Positions 38,641 through 46,749 of a DNA stretch of 54,273 bases are shown here, piece by piece; position 1 is the stretch's first letter; every line of letters begins with the position of its first letter. Made by a program: the position numbers and the translations under genes. The DNA comes from an uncultured virus (IMG/VR IMGVR_UViG_3300017613_001373) (Duplodnaviria; Heunggongvirae; Uroviricota; Caudoviricetes): IMG/VR virus record IMGVR_UViG_3300017613_001373; one strand, written 5' to 3'. The notes beneath the pieces are model-generated. The model saw only the letters and a program-made list of their open reading frames with translations, was not told the DNA's origin and made no database searches.

Positions 38641-38856
38641 ATGTTACAATTATATCCAAGCATTGACAAATCATATCACATTGAGGTTGAAAATATTGAT
38701 GATAAAACCGTTCAACGATCTGATTATGGTTCTTATGGTCATGTTGTAATCAAACAGTTTCCTGCCGTTTTGAAAGAATTGAGAGGGAAAAATCATACAA
38801 ATGTGGTGATCAAATTGTATAGTAAGAATGATGTATTAGAAACCGTATCATTTTAA
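38641..38856 (+). CDS. Hypothetical protein
   Basis: GAGGT RBS before ATG 38641. Confidence 0.65.
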   Translation: MLQLYPSIDKSYHIEVENIDDKTVQRSDYGSYGHVVIKQFPAVLKELRGKNHTNVVIKLYSKNDVLETVSF

Positions 38857-38871
38857 GATAACGAGGATATT

Positions 38872-39291
38872 ATGGAAAACACACTTGAAATTTGGGAAGA
38901 AAAATTAGAGGATATGGGATATACCGATCCAACAATTCGTTACAGTGGGTTTTATTCGCAAGGTGATGGTGCAAGTTTTACAACCGAATGGATCGATCTT
39001 GAAAAATGGTTGAAATATCATAAATTAGGGCATCAATTCAAGTCTGTCATGTACTGGTCAAAACAAGATATGACAGATTGTGAAATCTGGCGTTCTGAGT
39101 CACATTATGCACATGAAAATACTGTCTCTATTCAAGGTGAAATGTGTTATGGATATAATCAAAAAGGTTTTGAAAAACTTGACGCAGAAATGGACAAGTT
39201 GAAGCCTATTATTTTGAAAAAAGCACAAGAAACGATGCAAGTGATTTATAGCGATCTTGAGGCTGTGTATGAAAGAGAATGCGAAGAATAG
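38872..39291 (+). CDS. Phage hypothetical protein (YSGFYSQGDGASF motif)
   Basis: IRYSGFYSQGDGASF...HYAHENT motif; GAGGA RBS. Confidence 0.75.
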   Translation: MENTLEIWEEKLEDMGYTDPTIRYSGFYSQGDGASFTTEWIDLEKWLKYHKLGHQFKSVMYWSKQDMTDCEIWRSESHYAHENTVSIQGEMCYGYNQKGFEKLDAEMDKLKPIILKKAQETMQVIYSDLEAVYERECEE

Positions 39292-39392
39292 TACCATCGT
39301 ACCATTGACCAAAGATGTTTAATAATGCTATACTATATCTATTGAACACGAAAACAATAGTGACAAAAAAATAATAAAAGGAGATATAACAA

Positions 39393-39692
39393 ATGTTTAA
39401 GAAATCAGCATATGAAGGTGGCAGTCATTTGACACAACGAATCTGGACAAGTTATGATCAAATGGTCAAAGCATTGGGTCAACCTACAAACGGAATGTGT
39501 GATGGATATAAGGTAGATGTGACATGGGAATTGGAAAATGAGGATGGCGATATTTTGATGATTTGGAATTTTAAAAATGGTCCAAATTATCAAGGTTGTG
39601 GTACATTAGAGGACATTGATCATTTTTCATGCTATTATTTAAATCCAGTTGTTTACGAACAATTAGAAACACTTATTGCGGAAAATCAGTAA
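39393..39692 (+). CDS. Hypothetical phage protein
   Basis: SYDQMVKALGQP...DGYKVDVTW...IWNFKN; AAGGAG RBS. Confidence 0.75.
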   Translation: MFKKSAYEGGSHLTQRIWTSYDQMVKALGQPTNGMCDGYKVDVTWELENEDGDILMIWNFKNGPNYQGCGTLEDIDHFSCYYLNPVVYEQLETLIAENQ

Positions 39693-39735
39693 ACTAGTAC
39701 CATTGTAAAAAATTACAAAAACAGGGGAATAAAAT

Positions 39736-39990
39736 ATGCCAAAAGATATACAGGTTTTAGAATGTCCAAAATGTCTCGGTAGTGTAACATTACCATTACA
39801 TTTAGCGAATAGCAACAAATTATTTGGGGAAAGCGTTGCAATAGAATGTGAATATTGTAGTGTTACATCCATGTATCCCATGCCTATACATGGAAAAAAA
39901 GCAACTCTTATTGTACAACCCAGAGCGGTACATGTTGGTGGAAATGTTCGTGGTTCAATTATCACTGGGTCTAACAATATTTATCGTTAA
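39736..39990 (+). CDS. Zinc-ribbon protein with a C-terminal amyloid-signalling-like motif (architecture shared with 4232-4690)
   Basis: LECPKC...IECEYC then RAVHVGGNVRGSIITGSNNIY; AGGGG RBS. Confidence 0.7.
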   Translation: MPKDIQVLECPKCLGSVTLPLHLANSNKLFGESVAIECEYCSVTSMYPMPIHGKKATLIVQPRAVHVGGNVRGSIITGSNNIYR

Positions 39991-40354
39991 CGGGTTGTAA
40001 TGACGTGTTGAAATACTCCCTATAAGCCACTTAACACGGTTTTATGGGGTTTTGTACATAAACGTGAGGAAAACAGCACATGAAGCGATTTAAGACCATT
40101 AGAGACATTATTGATTATTACAAAGCTATGACAGATGAACGCTTAATTGCTAATTATTTTGAACATACGCTAACCATGTGGAATCCTATCAATAAGGTGA
40201 CAGACGAATATTTACTAGATGAAGAAAATTATTGGGTTTTAACAGAGTAGGACTAAAGTACTAAAGAATTGATCTTGACAACTGGCGAAATTCTGCTAAG
40301 ATTATATTTATTGAAGCAAGATACTATTGAACGAAAAAAAAAGGAAGGTTGAAC

Positions 40355-40693
40355 ATGGGATATTGTACAGATTACACATTGCAATATAAGGAATACGATC
40401 ACAATCCATATCGGGCAAATATTTATTCGCAATTGCACAGTGCTTTTCGGAAATTGGAATCAGGATATGAACTTCAACAACTAGTCGAGTATGGCGAATT
40501 GATTGATGTGAAATGGTATGATCATGTAGAACATATGAAGATTATTAGTGGTCAGTTCCCAAAAGTTCTGTTCACACTAAGTAAAATGGGTCAAGATGGT
40601 GAACAATCACGGGTATATTTTGAAAACGGTAAGGCACACGCAGTAGAATCAATTGTGACATTCCCACCGTTTGATAGAGCTAAATTGAAATAA
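40355..40693 (+). CDS. Phage hypothetical protein
   Basis: MGYCTDYTL...KWYDH..HM..IS.QFP..LF.L; GGAAGG RBS. Confidence 0.75.
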   Translation: MGYCTDYTLQYKEYDHNPYRANIYSQLHSAFRKLESGYELQQLVEYGELIDVKWYDHVEHMKIISGQFPKVLFTLSKMGQDGEQSRVYFENGKAHAVESIVTFPPFDRAKLK

Positions 40694-40872
40694 TTAGTAC
40701 AAAAGTACTATGATAATACTCTTGACAAGTAAAAACAGATAGGGTATTATCATAGTCATAGAGAGATAGAATTAAAAAGAAAGCAATACCGCGCCTACAT
40801 TTTCCGAGCAAATTAGCTTGACCGCTGATATTGTACGAAAATGAGATTAAGTGGGAACAAGAATTAACTTGT

Positions 40873-41036
40873 GGGGGTGTAGCTCAATTGGCAGAGCATC
40901 ACCATGAATATTTCCTTATTATAATCGGAGTGACTACCAATTATTATAAGGACATTCAATCTAGTCAATTGGATGTTAGGGGATTGCCCTAGATATGGAT
41001 TAGTGAAGGTTGTTGGTTCGAGTCCTTCCATCCCCA
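40873..41036 (+). ncRNA. tRNA-like RNA with a 100-nt structured insert in place of the anticodon loop
   Basis: Acceptor GGGGGTG/CATCCCC+A; D-arm GCTC-AATTGGCA-GAGC; TCAC/GTGA stem; T-arm GTTGG-TTCGAGT-CCTTC. Confidence 0.75.
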
Positions 41037-41443
41037 GCACTTAACGTAGATTAGAAATAATTGAACAACGAGGCGACTTTGCAAAAAACCTAACCCAACT
41101 AGGAATCATGTATTCTTAACTGTCCAAAGTCAGTCAAAATGGGGATGGGGAATAAACAATCGAACACGAGTGACAGAGCGTATGCCGCACTTCTCAATCA
41201 GGATGTTCAGGGGATGAGCGTAACCCCTATTAGTACTAATGTACCATTGTCTAATAAAAAGAGTGATGATATACTATTTTTATTGAACGGGACAATAAAA
41301 ACTCAGTGATAGAGTTTTTAACAGAATTTTATCACTGGGCTTTTATTCACTAAAGAAGTTGTGGCGGCGATTCGAGCGCAACTTGACCTAAAAAAGCATG
41401 ACGGTAAGGGACACTCAGCCAAGACGCTAAACGGTTTGGATAG

Positions 41444-41518
41444 TCAGATATAGTTCAATTGGCAGAACATGGTGGGTACGTCCTATCAAGGTTGTTGGTT
41501 CAAATCCTTCTATCTGAT
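41444..41518 (+). ncRNA. Non-canonical tRNA-like RNA (7-bp anticodon stem, 5-nt loop TACGT)
   Basis: Acceptor TCAGATA/TATCTGA+T; D-arm GTTC-AATTGGCA-GAAC; TGGTGGG-TACGT-CCTATCA; T-arm GTTGG-TTCAAAT-CCTTC; CCA not encoded. Confidence 0.75.
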
Positions 41519-41542
41519 AAGTAAAGCTATTAAATCGAATCT

Positions 41543-41579
41543 GGTAGGTATGTTGGAAAGCATACCTACCTATATTTTT
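41543..41579 (+). terminator. Intrinsic terminator after the second tRNA-like RNA
   Basis: GGTAGGTATG-TTGGAAAG-CATACCTACC-TATATTTTT. Confidence 0.7.
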
Positions 41580-41599
41580 ATCTTAAATGGGGTTGTAAA

Positions 41600-41815
41600 A
41601 TGTTCAAAGATATACCAACACAAGCGGCATGGGACAAGATGGATCAAATTATTGCTACAAATCCTGTGCATAATCTGATTAAAAAAGAATGGGGTTATAT
41701 CATTGATTGGAATGATGGTATTTATGGTATTGTTCAGTTTTTCATGTATTATGATGCTGAAACAAGTGAAGTAAAATCAGCGGTATTAAACACTCGTAAC
41801 CGCTGGAAGGTGTGA
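41600..41815 (+). CDS. Hypothetical protein
   Basis: GGGG RBS. Confidence 0.6.
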   Translation: MFKDIPTQAAWDKMDQIIATNPVHNLIKKEWGYIIDWNDGIYGIVQFFMYYDAETSEVKSAVLNTRNRWKV

Positions 41816-41863
41816 TAATATGTTGAACGACGAGAATAAACTAGATAACGAGCAAATAAAATA

Positions 41864-42346
41864 ATGAAGAAAATAGGTTTTGGACGTTTTTCAGACATTT
41901 ATCACAATGGCGATCATGTTATCGCTATTGTAATTGAACAAGATTATACAAAACAGGCACTATCTCAAGTGGTCAAGATGCCCCATGTGCCAGATGTTTC
42001 AAAACTAGCTGAAAACAAATTCAAAATGCCTCTATATCGCTCTCTAAGCGACGCAAACAAGCCAATGGTAGATTTTCTCATAACATCATGGCAAAACTTC
42101 GCTAACCGCAACCCAGTACCATTAGACGGCAACCCTGTAAATTTTTACAATCGTGTTATTGAATATTTGCAATATATCAAGAATATCATAGATGTGAGTT
42201 TATATAACGCTCTTGAGATAATTGTCGAAACCATGAAAAACTTTACAATGAAAATCAATATGGATTTTCATCTGGACAATTTTATGGAAGATGATGATGG
42301 CGATATTATTTTACTGGATGTGATATGGTCGCCAAGTGTAAAGTAG
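41864..42346 (+). CDS. Minimal protein-kinase-like protein
   Basis: Gly loop IGFGRFSDIY, PHVP, KMPLY hinge, catalytic loop MDFHLDNFM, IILLD. Confidence 0.7.
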   Translation: MKKIGFGRFSDIYHNGDHVIAIVIEQDYTKQALSQVVKMPHVPDVSKLAENKFKMPLYRSLSDANKPMVDFLITSWQNFANRNPVPLDGNPVNFYNRVIEYLQYIKNIIDVSLYNALEIIVETMKNFTMKINMDFHLDNFMEDDDGDIILLDVIWSPSVK

Positions 42347-42427
42347 TTTACACTTGGTCTTGACAGGTAAAAAATACCTGTTATTATTAATTCTATTGAC
42401 CGACAATTAACGACAACAAAAGAGGAT

Positions 42428-42757
42428 ATGAAAATGGCTAAAGTATACAGCACACCAAAAGGTTATGATGCACCAGAATTTGACATACACACATACAAAC
42501 AGGATGGTGACAAATACCTTGAAACCTTATCTGGATTTTGCAAAGAGCATAGTAAGTGTAAACATGCTGGCGAAGTAATTCGTTATCCTTGTGGGGATGG
42601 ATATGCCGAATATATGGTATATACATATACCATGTTGATCCATATTGAACTTGGTGATGCTTGGAATTTACCAGATGCACACATACGCGGATTGCGTAAG
42701 GCTGATATTATCAAAAAAATTGAATCTCAAAAGAGAATGGTGGAATTATTTAGTTAA
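42428..42757 (+). CDS. Phage hypothetical protein
   Basis: GEVIRYP.GDGYAEYMV...LIHI..GDAW; GAGGA RBS; class B promoter. Confidence 0.75.
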   Translation: MKMAKVYSTPKGYDAPEFDIHTYKQDGDKYLETLSGFCKEHSKCKHAGEVIRYPCGDGYAEYMVYTYTMLIHIELGDAWNLPDAHIRGLRKADIIKKIESQKRMVELFS

Positions 42758-42861
42758 TCATGTCAAAGTGTAAACTATTTTACACTTTAACTTGACAGGT
42801 AAAAAATACCTGTTATCATTGATTTTATTGAAGTCAAGTACTAGCGAGAGGATAGAACATA

Positions 42862-43125
42862 ATGAGATATGCAATTCAAATCCGCAACATGCACACAGGA
42901 ATACATGAACTTTTTATAGCGGAAGATAAAGAAACCGCTAAAGAATTAAATGAATTGTTTAAAATTCTTGCTGATACTGTTGATGATGATTTTATGTGGG
43001 GACAGATTAATATTCTTGAGTATGATCATGTTGAAATCAATTTTCGCCATGTTGTTAACCAAACGTATCAATATTGGGATGAAACAATAGAGATCTTAAA
43101 TGATCATAAATATGATATTTACTAG
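42862..43125 (+). CDS. Hypothetical protein
   Basis: GAGGA RBS; class B promoter. Confidence 0.7.
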   Translation: MRYAIQIRNMHTGIHELFIAEDKETAKELNELFKILADTVDDDFMWGQINILEYDHVEINFRHVVNQTYQYWDETIEILNDHKYDIY

Positions 43126-43134
43126 GGGGATGGT

Positions 43135-43425
43135 ATGAATAAGCATAATTATATCAAAATATATTTGACAAATCGAAATAATGCTGATAGTTTGGCTATT
43201 TTAGAAGAAATGAAGAAATTAGCTCAAACAGATGACGATTTTGCACAGCGGTTTAATGGATGGTTAGATAGCGAATTATCAACCATTGTTTTGAGGGAAT
43301 TGGTTGAAACTGTGACAGGTAAACGTTATTTTTTCAGTCTGGATCATCAAAATAATGTCGATTCTTTAGATAGTGCTAGTTATTCGTATAAATGCTCGTC
43401 TTATTATTCACCAACTGTTAAATAG
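43135..43425 (+). CDS. Hypothetical protein
   Basis: GGGGG RBS. Confidence 0.65.
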   Translation: MNKHNYIKIYLTNRNNADSLAILEEMKKLAQTDDDFAQRFNGWLDSELSTIVLRELVETVTGKRYFFSLDHQNNVDSLDSASYSYKCSSYYSPTVK

Positions 43426-43510
43426 TTTACACTTACTATTGACAACGAAAAAAAGTGATGATAAGATTATAAACATATTGAGCAAGTTAAACGAATGAGG
43501 GAAATAAAAA

Positions 43511-43876
43511 ATGGATACGGAAGAATTTGAAATGGGACAAGATTTAGCTGATGAATTTGGTCTTGATAATCATATTAACAACTCAGATGAAGATGAATTA
43601 CAGTTGATTATTGATGCTGATTATGATGATATTAATTTGTCATATGTTAACACCCTGTTAAGCGACGCAGGAATTAGCGATCTGTATACGGCTATCGAAT
43701 TGGTACGAGATAGATCAGCCATGACAAAAGAATCATTGTTAGATGTATGGTTAGAACAGATGGATGTTGATCAATCCATTGTTATCTATCTTGATATGGA
43801 TCATGTTTGGAATGATGTTTTTGTCCATAGTGGATTGTGTGAAATGGACGACGGCACATATTTTAATGTACCATAG
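43511..43876 (+). CDS. Very acidic protein with an ArdA-like C-terminus (candidate DNA mimic / antirestriction)
   Basis: D/E-rich with almost no K/R; IYLDMDHVWNDVF..G..E..DGTYF resembles the ArdA C-terminal motif. Confidence 0.55.
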   Translation: MDTEEFEMGQDLADEFGLDNHINNSDEDELQLIIDADYDDINLSYVNTLLSDAGISDLYTAIELVRDRSAMTKESLLDVWLEQMDVDQSIVIYLDMDHVWNDVFVHSGLCEMDDGTYFNVP

Positions 43877-43971
43877 TTGAAAAATACGCCCTGTGAGACG
43901 TTTTAATCGTCTCATGGGGTATTTATACAGAAAACCGTATCAAACCGCTTAGACGGCGAATTTGGAGCATT

Positions 43972-44349
43972 ATGTACGAACCTGATAAAATCCTCTGTGA
44001 GCAATTAATTGATTATTTTTACAACGGTAATTTTCGATTATCAGAAAATGAAAGTGTGGTGATTTTCAAAAATGTTTCACGTTTTCGATTGTGTCCTCAT
44101 TTTGCAAAAACAAATCTTGTTGCATTGGTAGATGTTGCAACAGATAAAGAAGTGAGAGGCGAAGGAATTGGATCAAGTATGCTTGAGGCAATTTGTGAGT
44201 TTTTAGATCATGCAAAATTAAAATGCTTAGTGCATCCTGAATCATACGGAGAGAATAAAAACCAGCGGAAATTAAGAGCATGGTACAAACAACATGGTTT
44301 TAAGCCTGTAACGGGTCAATCTACAATGATTCGTCAGCCACAAGTGTAA
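43972..44349 (+). CDS. GNAT family acetyltransferase
   Basis: VRGEGIGSSML (R-G-x-G acetyl-CoA motif), LRAWYKQHGF. Confidence 0.85.
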   Translation: MYEPDKILCEQLIDYFYNGNFRLSENESVVIFKNVSRFRLCPHFAKTNLVALVDVATDKEVRGEGIGSSMLEAICEFLDHAKLKCLVHPESYGENKNQRKLRAWYKQHGFKPVTGQSTMIRQPQV

Positions 44350-44437
44350 AGTAGTTTACACTTATCCTTGACAGGTAAAAAATATCTGTTATCATTATAT
44401 TTATTGAACGACATAAACAAAAAACAATGAGGTATTC

Positions 44438-44779
44438 ATGAAACAAACAATAAAAGTTAATGGTATCAATGTTTTAGTAAAGACACATCCTAATTGTCCA
44501 ATTATTATGAATATTGGACATAATACACATTATCGAAAAATGCGATACCTTGCTATTGGGGATGATAAAAGCCTAGCATATTGCGAAGGTCAAGGGTATC
44601 ATGTTGTCAGTGACAAAGAGTTTATAGAAACATATGTCGAACATTTGGATTATCCCATTAGTGACATCAAAGCAGATTTTTATGATTTTACCAGTGATGA
44701 TCGCCATAAACCGTTATACGTCCATATGCTTGACGCATATGAATTATTAATAGAGCGTTTTGAAATGTTGTCAATTTAG
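44438..44779 (+). CDS. Hypothetical protein
   Basis: GAGGT RBS; class B promoter. Confidence 0.7.
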   Translation: MKQTIKVNGINVLVKTHPNCPIIMNIGHNTHYRKMRYLAIGDDKSLAYCEGQGYHVVSDKEFIETYVEHLDYPISDIKADFYDFTSDDRHKPLYVHMLDAYELLIERFEMLSI

Positions 44780-44867
44780 GTGAAACAAATGATTATGATC
44801 CATCTTTTATTGGATGGTCATTTTATAAAGAATCATAATGAGGGTAAAATAGGGAGCAATCAGAATC

Positions 44868-45167
44868 ATGACTACAATTGATGTTTTCAAAACCGATGTG
44901 ATTTTTGAAGTCGGCGTGACAAGTAAGGATAGTTTTTGTATTGAAGACAGTAATTTATCGCCCAAAACAATTGAAAAAATTCATCAAATTGTTCGCCTTA
45001 CACAATTCTCAAATGATCCTAATTATGAAGTTGTAAAAAATGCTTGCCCTTTTTTACAGGGTTATAATATTGGTTCTGGATGGATACAGGTTGAATTTTG
45101 GACAATGGATGGTGACGCTATTCAACTATTTATTGATTTTGTAAACGAGGAAATATCAAAACTGTAA
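44868..45167 (+). CDS. Hypothetical protein
   Basis: GGGAG upstream; stop lies in the next operator. Confidence 0.7.
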   Translation: MTTIDVFKTDVIFEVGVTSKDSFCIEDSNLSPKTIEKIHQIVRLTQFSNDPNYEVVKNACPFLQGYNIGSGWIQVEFWTMDGDAIQLFIDFVNEEISKL

Positions 45168-45256
45168 ACTACTTTACACTTTAACTTGACAGGTAAAAAA
45201 TATCTGTTATCATTGATTTTATTGAAGCCAATCAGTAATAACAAGAGGATAGGATA

Positions 45257-45484
45257 ATGATTGAGAAATTTCAAATTAAACAGGTTCACATATCAGAAGT
45301 GCGAATGAATGATACAGTTTTACACAATGGTGATCGACGAACCGTTGGTAAAAACGATATTAATCATGGCGGTTTTATGGGGTCTTCATTATTTGGGGAT
45401 TCGTACCGACTGGGTACAAAACTTGTTAGTTTGGTAATGTTTCCACATTTTTCCAAAGGGAAACAAATTGGATGGAGACGGTAA
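45257..45484 (+). CDS. Hypothetical phage protein
   Basis: VHISEVR..DTVLHNG..RTV...FMG.SLFGDSY; AGGA RBS. Confidence 0.7.
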   Translation: MIEKFQIKQVHISEVRMNDTVLHNGDRRTVGKNDINHGGFMGSSLFGDSYRLGTKLVSLVMFPHFSKGKQIGWRR

Positions 45485-45571
45485 GTGTAAAGTTGTTTAC
45501 ACTTGCTATTGTAATTTTTTACAATCGTGTTTATAATATACTCATTGAATACGAAACAGGATGGAGAAACA

Positions 45572-45811
45572 ATGGATATTATTAAATTAAAAATCGCTCA
45601 AGGTGTTTGTACTGGCGAATATAGTGGTAGTATCAATAATCGTACACCTACTATTTTTAAAGCAATACAACATGATGGACATGTTTTTTATGGATGGCAT
45701 TATGTAGAAATTGGTTGTAAATTAGGACGTACATTTATGACAAAATCCCATGAGTTTATGGGCAAAGATTTTTCTGAATACTCATATATTTGGCAATACC
45801 AACAATTCTAA
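45572..45811 (+). CDS. Hypothetical protein
   Basis: GGAG RBS before ATG 45572. Confidence 0.65.
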   Translation: MDIIKLKIAQGVCTGEYSGSINNRTPTIFKAIQHDGHVFYGWHYVEIGCKLGRTFMTKSHEFMGKDFSEYSYIWQYQQF

Positions 45812-45881
45812 AATATCAATTTCAAAATTGCTCTTGACAACTGATAAAAACCATGCTAGAATTTTTATCAGTTAAGCAATT

Positions 45882-46151
45882 ATGAAATTTACGGAGAATA
45901 ACATGGCAATTCCAACAGCTTTAGAAATTCAAGAAAATATCGCACACAATACGGGTGAAATCCCTCAATTAATTTCCGATCCGTCAACATGGCCGATCAT
46001 GCAACGGGGTATGGAAATATGGGAGCAACAAATTATTGATACAAATGCCATTTTCCAAGTGGCACAGGAGAAATTAACTCCTACAATGACAAAAACAACT
46101 CCGCGTCAAGCGATGGTGCAAGAAGTAACAATATCAGCAAAAGTTTTATGA
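45882..46151 (+). CDS. Hypothetical protein (start may be 45903)
   Basis: TTGACA-N17-TAGAAT promoter; CGGAG before 45903. Confidence 0.6.
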   Translation: MKFTENNMAIPTALEIQENIAHNTGEIPQLISDPSTWPIMQRGMEIWEQQIIDTNAIFQVAQEKLTPTMTKTTPRQAMVQEVTISAKVL

Positions 46152-46164
46152 AGGGATTAAAATA

Positions 46165-46362
46165 ATGGCGAAACGAAAACGTAAGCAAAAAACAGTACCT
46201 TTCCGTACCATTCAAGAAAAAGTTTGGTCAATGAATGATTTTGAACGTATGTGTATTTTACACGATTTTGAAATTGTCTATGAGTTGTACGACAATCTGA
46301 GCAACAAAATCTTAGATAATCTGAATACACAGATGCGTAAAGCAATCATGAATACTGTGTAA
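46165..46362 (+). CDS. Hypothetical protein
   Basis: AAGGGA RBS. Confidence 0.6.
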   Translation: MAKRKRKQKTVPFRTIQEKVWSMNDFERMCILHDFEIVYELYDNLSNKILDNLNTQMRKAIMNTV

Positions 46363-46448
46363 AATCCGCTCTAAGCGTTTTATAACCAGTCAAGCTATGG
46401 ATTATCATATATTGATTATAAAACGCTTAGAGAGCGAATATAGGGGGA

Positions 46449-46664
46449 ATGATGGATAATAATTTATATTCACAGCATGATTTTTCACCGTTCACATTCA
46501 CGGATGATAATGATAATGTGCAAACATTGACAAGTAATGATTTGCCCAAACGTTTTAGACCATGTGATCTTGTTATATTATTTCAAAATCGTTTCGATGT
46601 ATCAAGAGAGACGGCACGACAATTGAAAATTAATTTTCTGGAGCATATCTATAAAAAAGTGTAA
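46449..46664 (+). CDS. Hypothetical protein
   Basis: GGGGG RBS; stop lies in the next operator. Confidence 0.65.
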   Translation: MMDNNLYSQHDFSPFTFTDDNDNVQTLTSNDLPKRFRPCDLVILFQNRFDVSRETARQLKINFLEHIYKKV

Positions 46665-46749
46665 AGTAGTTTACACTTGGTATTGACAACGATTAAAATT
46701 CTGCTAAGATTAATTTTATTGAACGGCAACTAAAACGAGGATATAAAAA

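Larger units (their letters stand above)
2150..41250 (+). promoter_or_regulatory. Class A operator family TAGKAC-N4-GTMCYA at about 38 sigma70-type promoters
   Basis: Copies near 2152, 3206, 4155, 9563, 12346, 12721, 13658, 14180, 16466, 17809, 19693, 20570, 21978, 22292, 24825, 26403, 27372, 27788, 28324, 29004, 29658, 30023, 30543, 31101, 31690, 32136, 32871, 33682, 35103, 35524, 35997, 36400, 37759, 39289, 39687, 40248, 40696, 41231; nearly all followed by -35/-10 boxes and usually a GGAG RBS. Confidence 0.85.

Noticed and set aside
40903..41002. Group I intron, tmRNA or theta ribozyme associated with the first tRNA-like RNA
   Set aside because: The insert is only 100 nt with no recognisable group I core; a full D-arm is present and there is no tag ORF; no HDV-like P1 partner follows the 3' end.
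40873..41518. Calling the two tRNA-like elements ordinary tRNAs (e.g. Phe-GAA, Met-CAT, Arg-ACG)
   Set aside because: Neither has a 5-bp stem with a 7-nt loop in canonical register, and both T-stems have two mismatches, so no anticodon can be assigned.
41469..41678. 69-aa ORF starting inside the second tRNA-like RNA
   Set aside because: It overlaps the cloverleaf and terminator and has no RBS.
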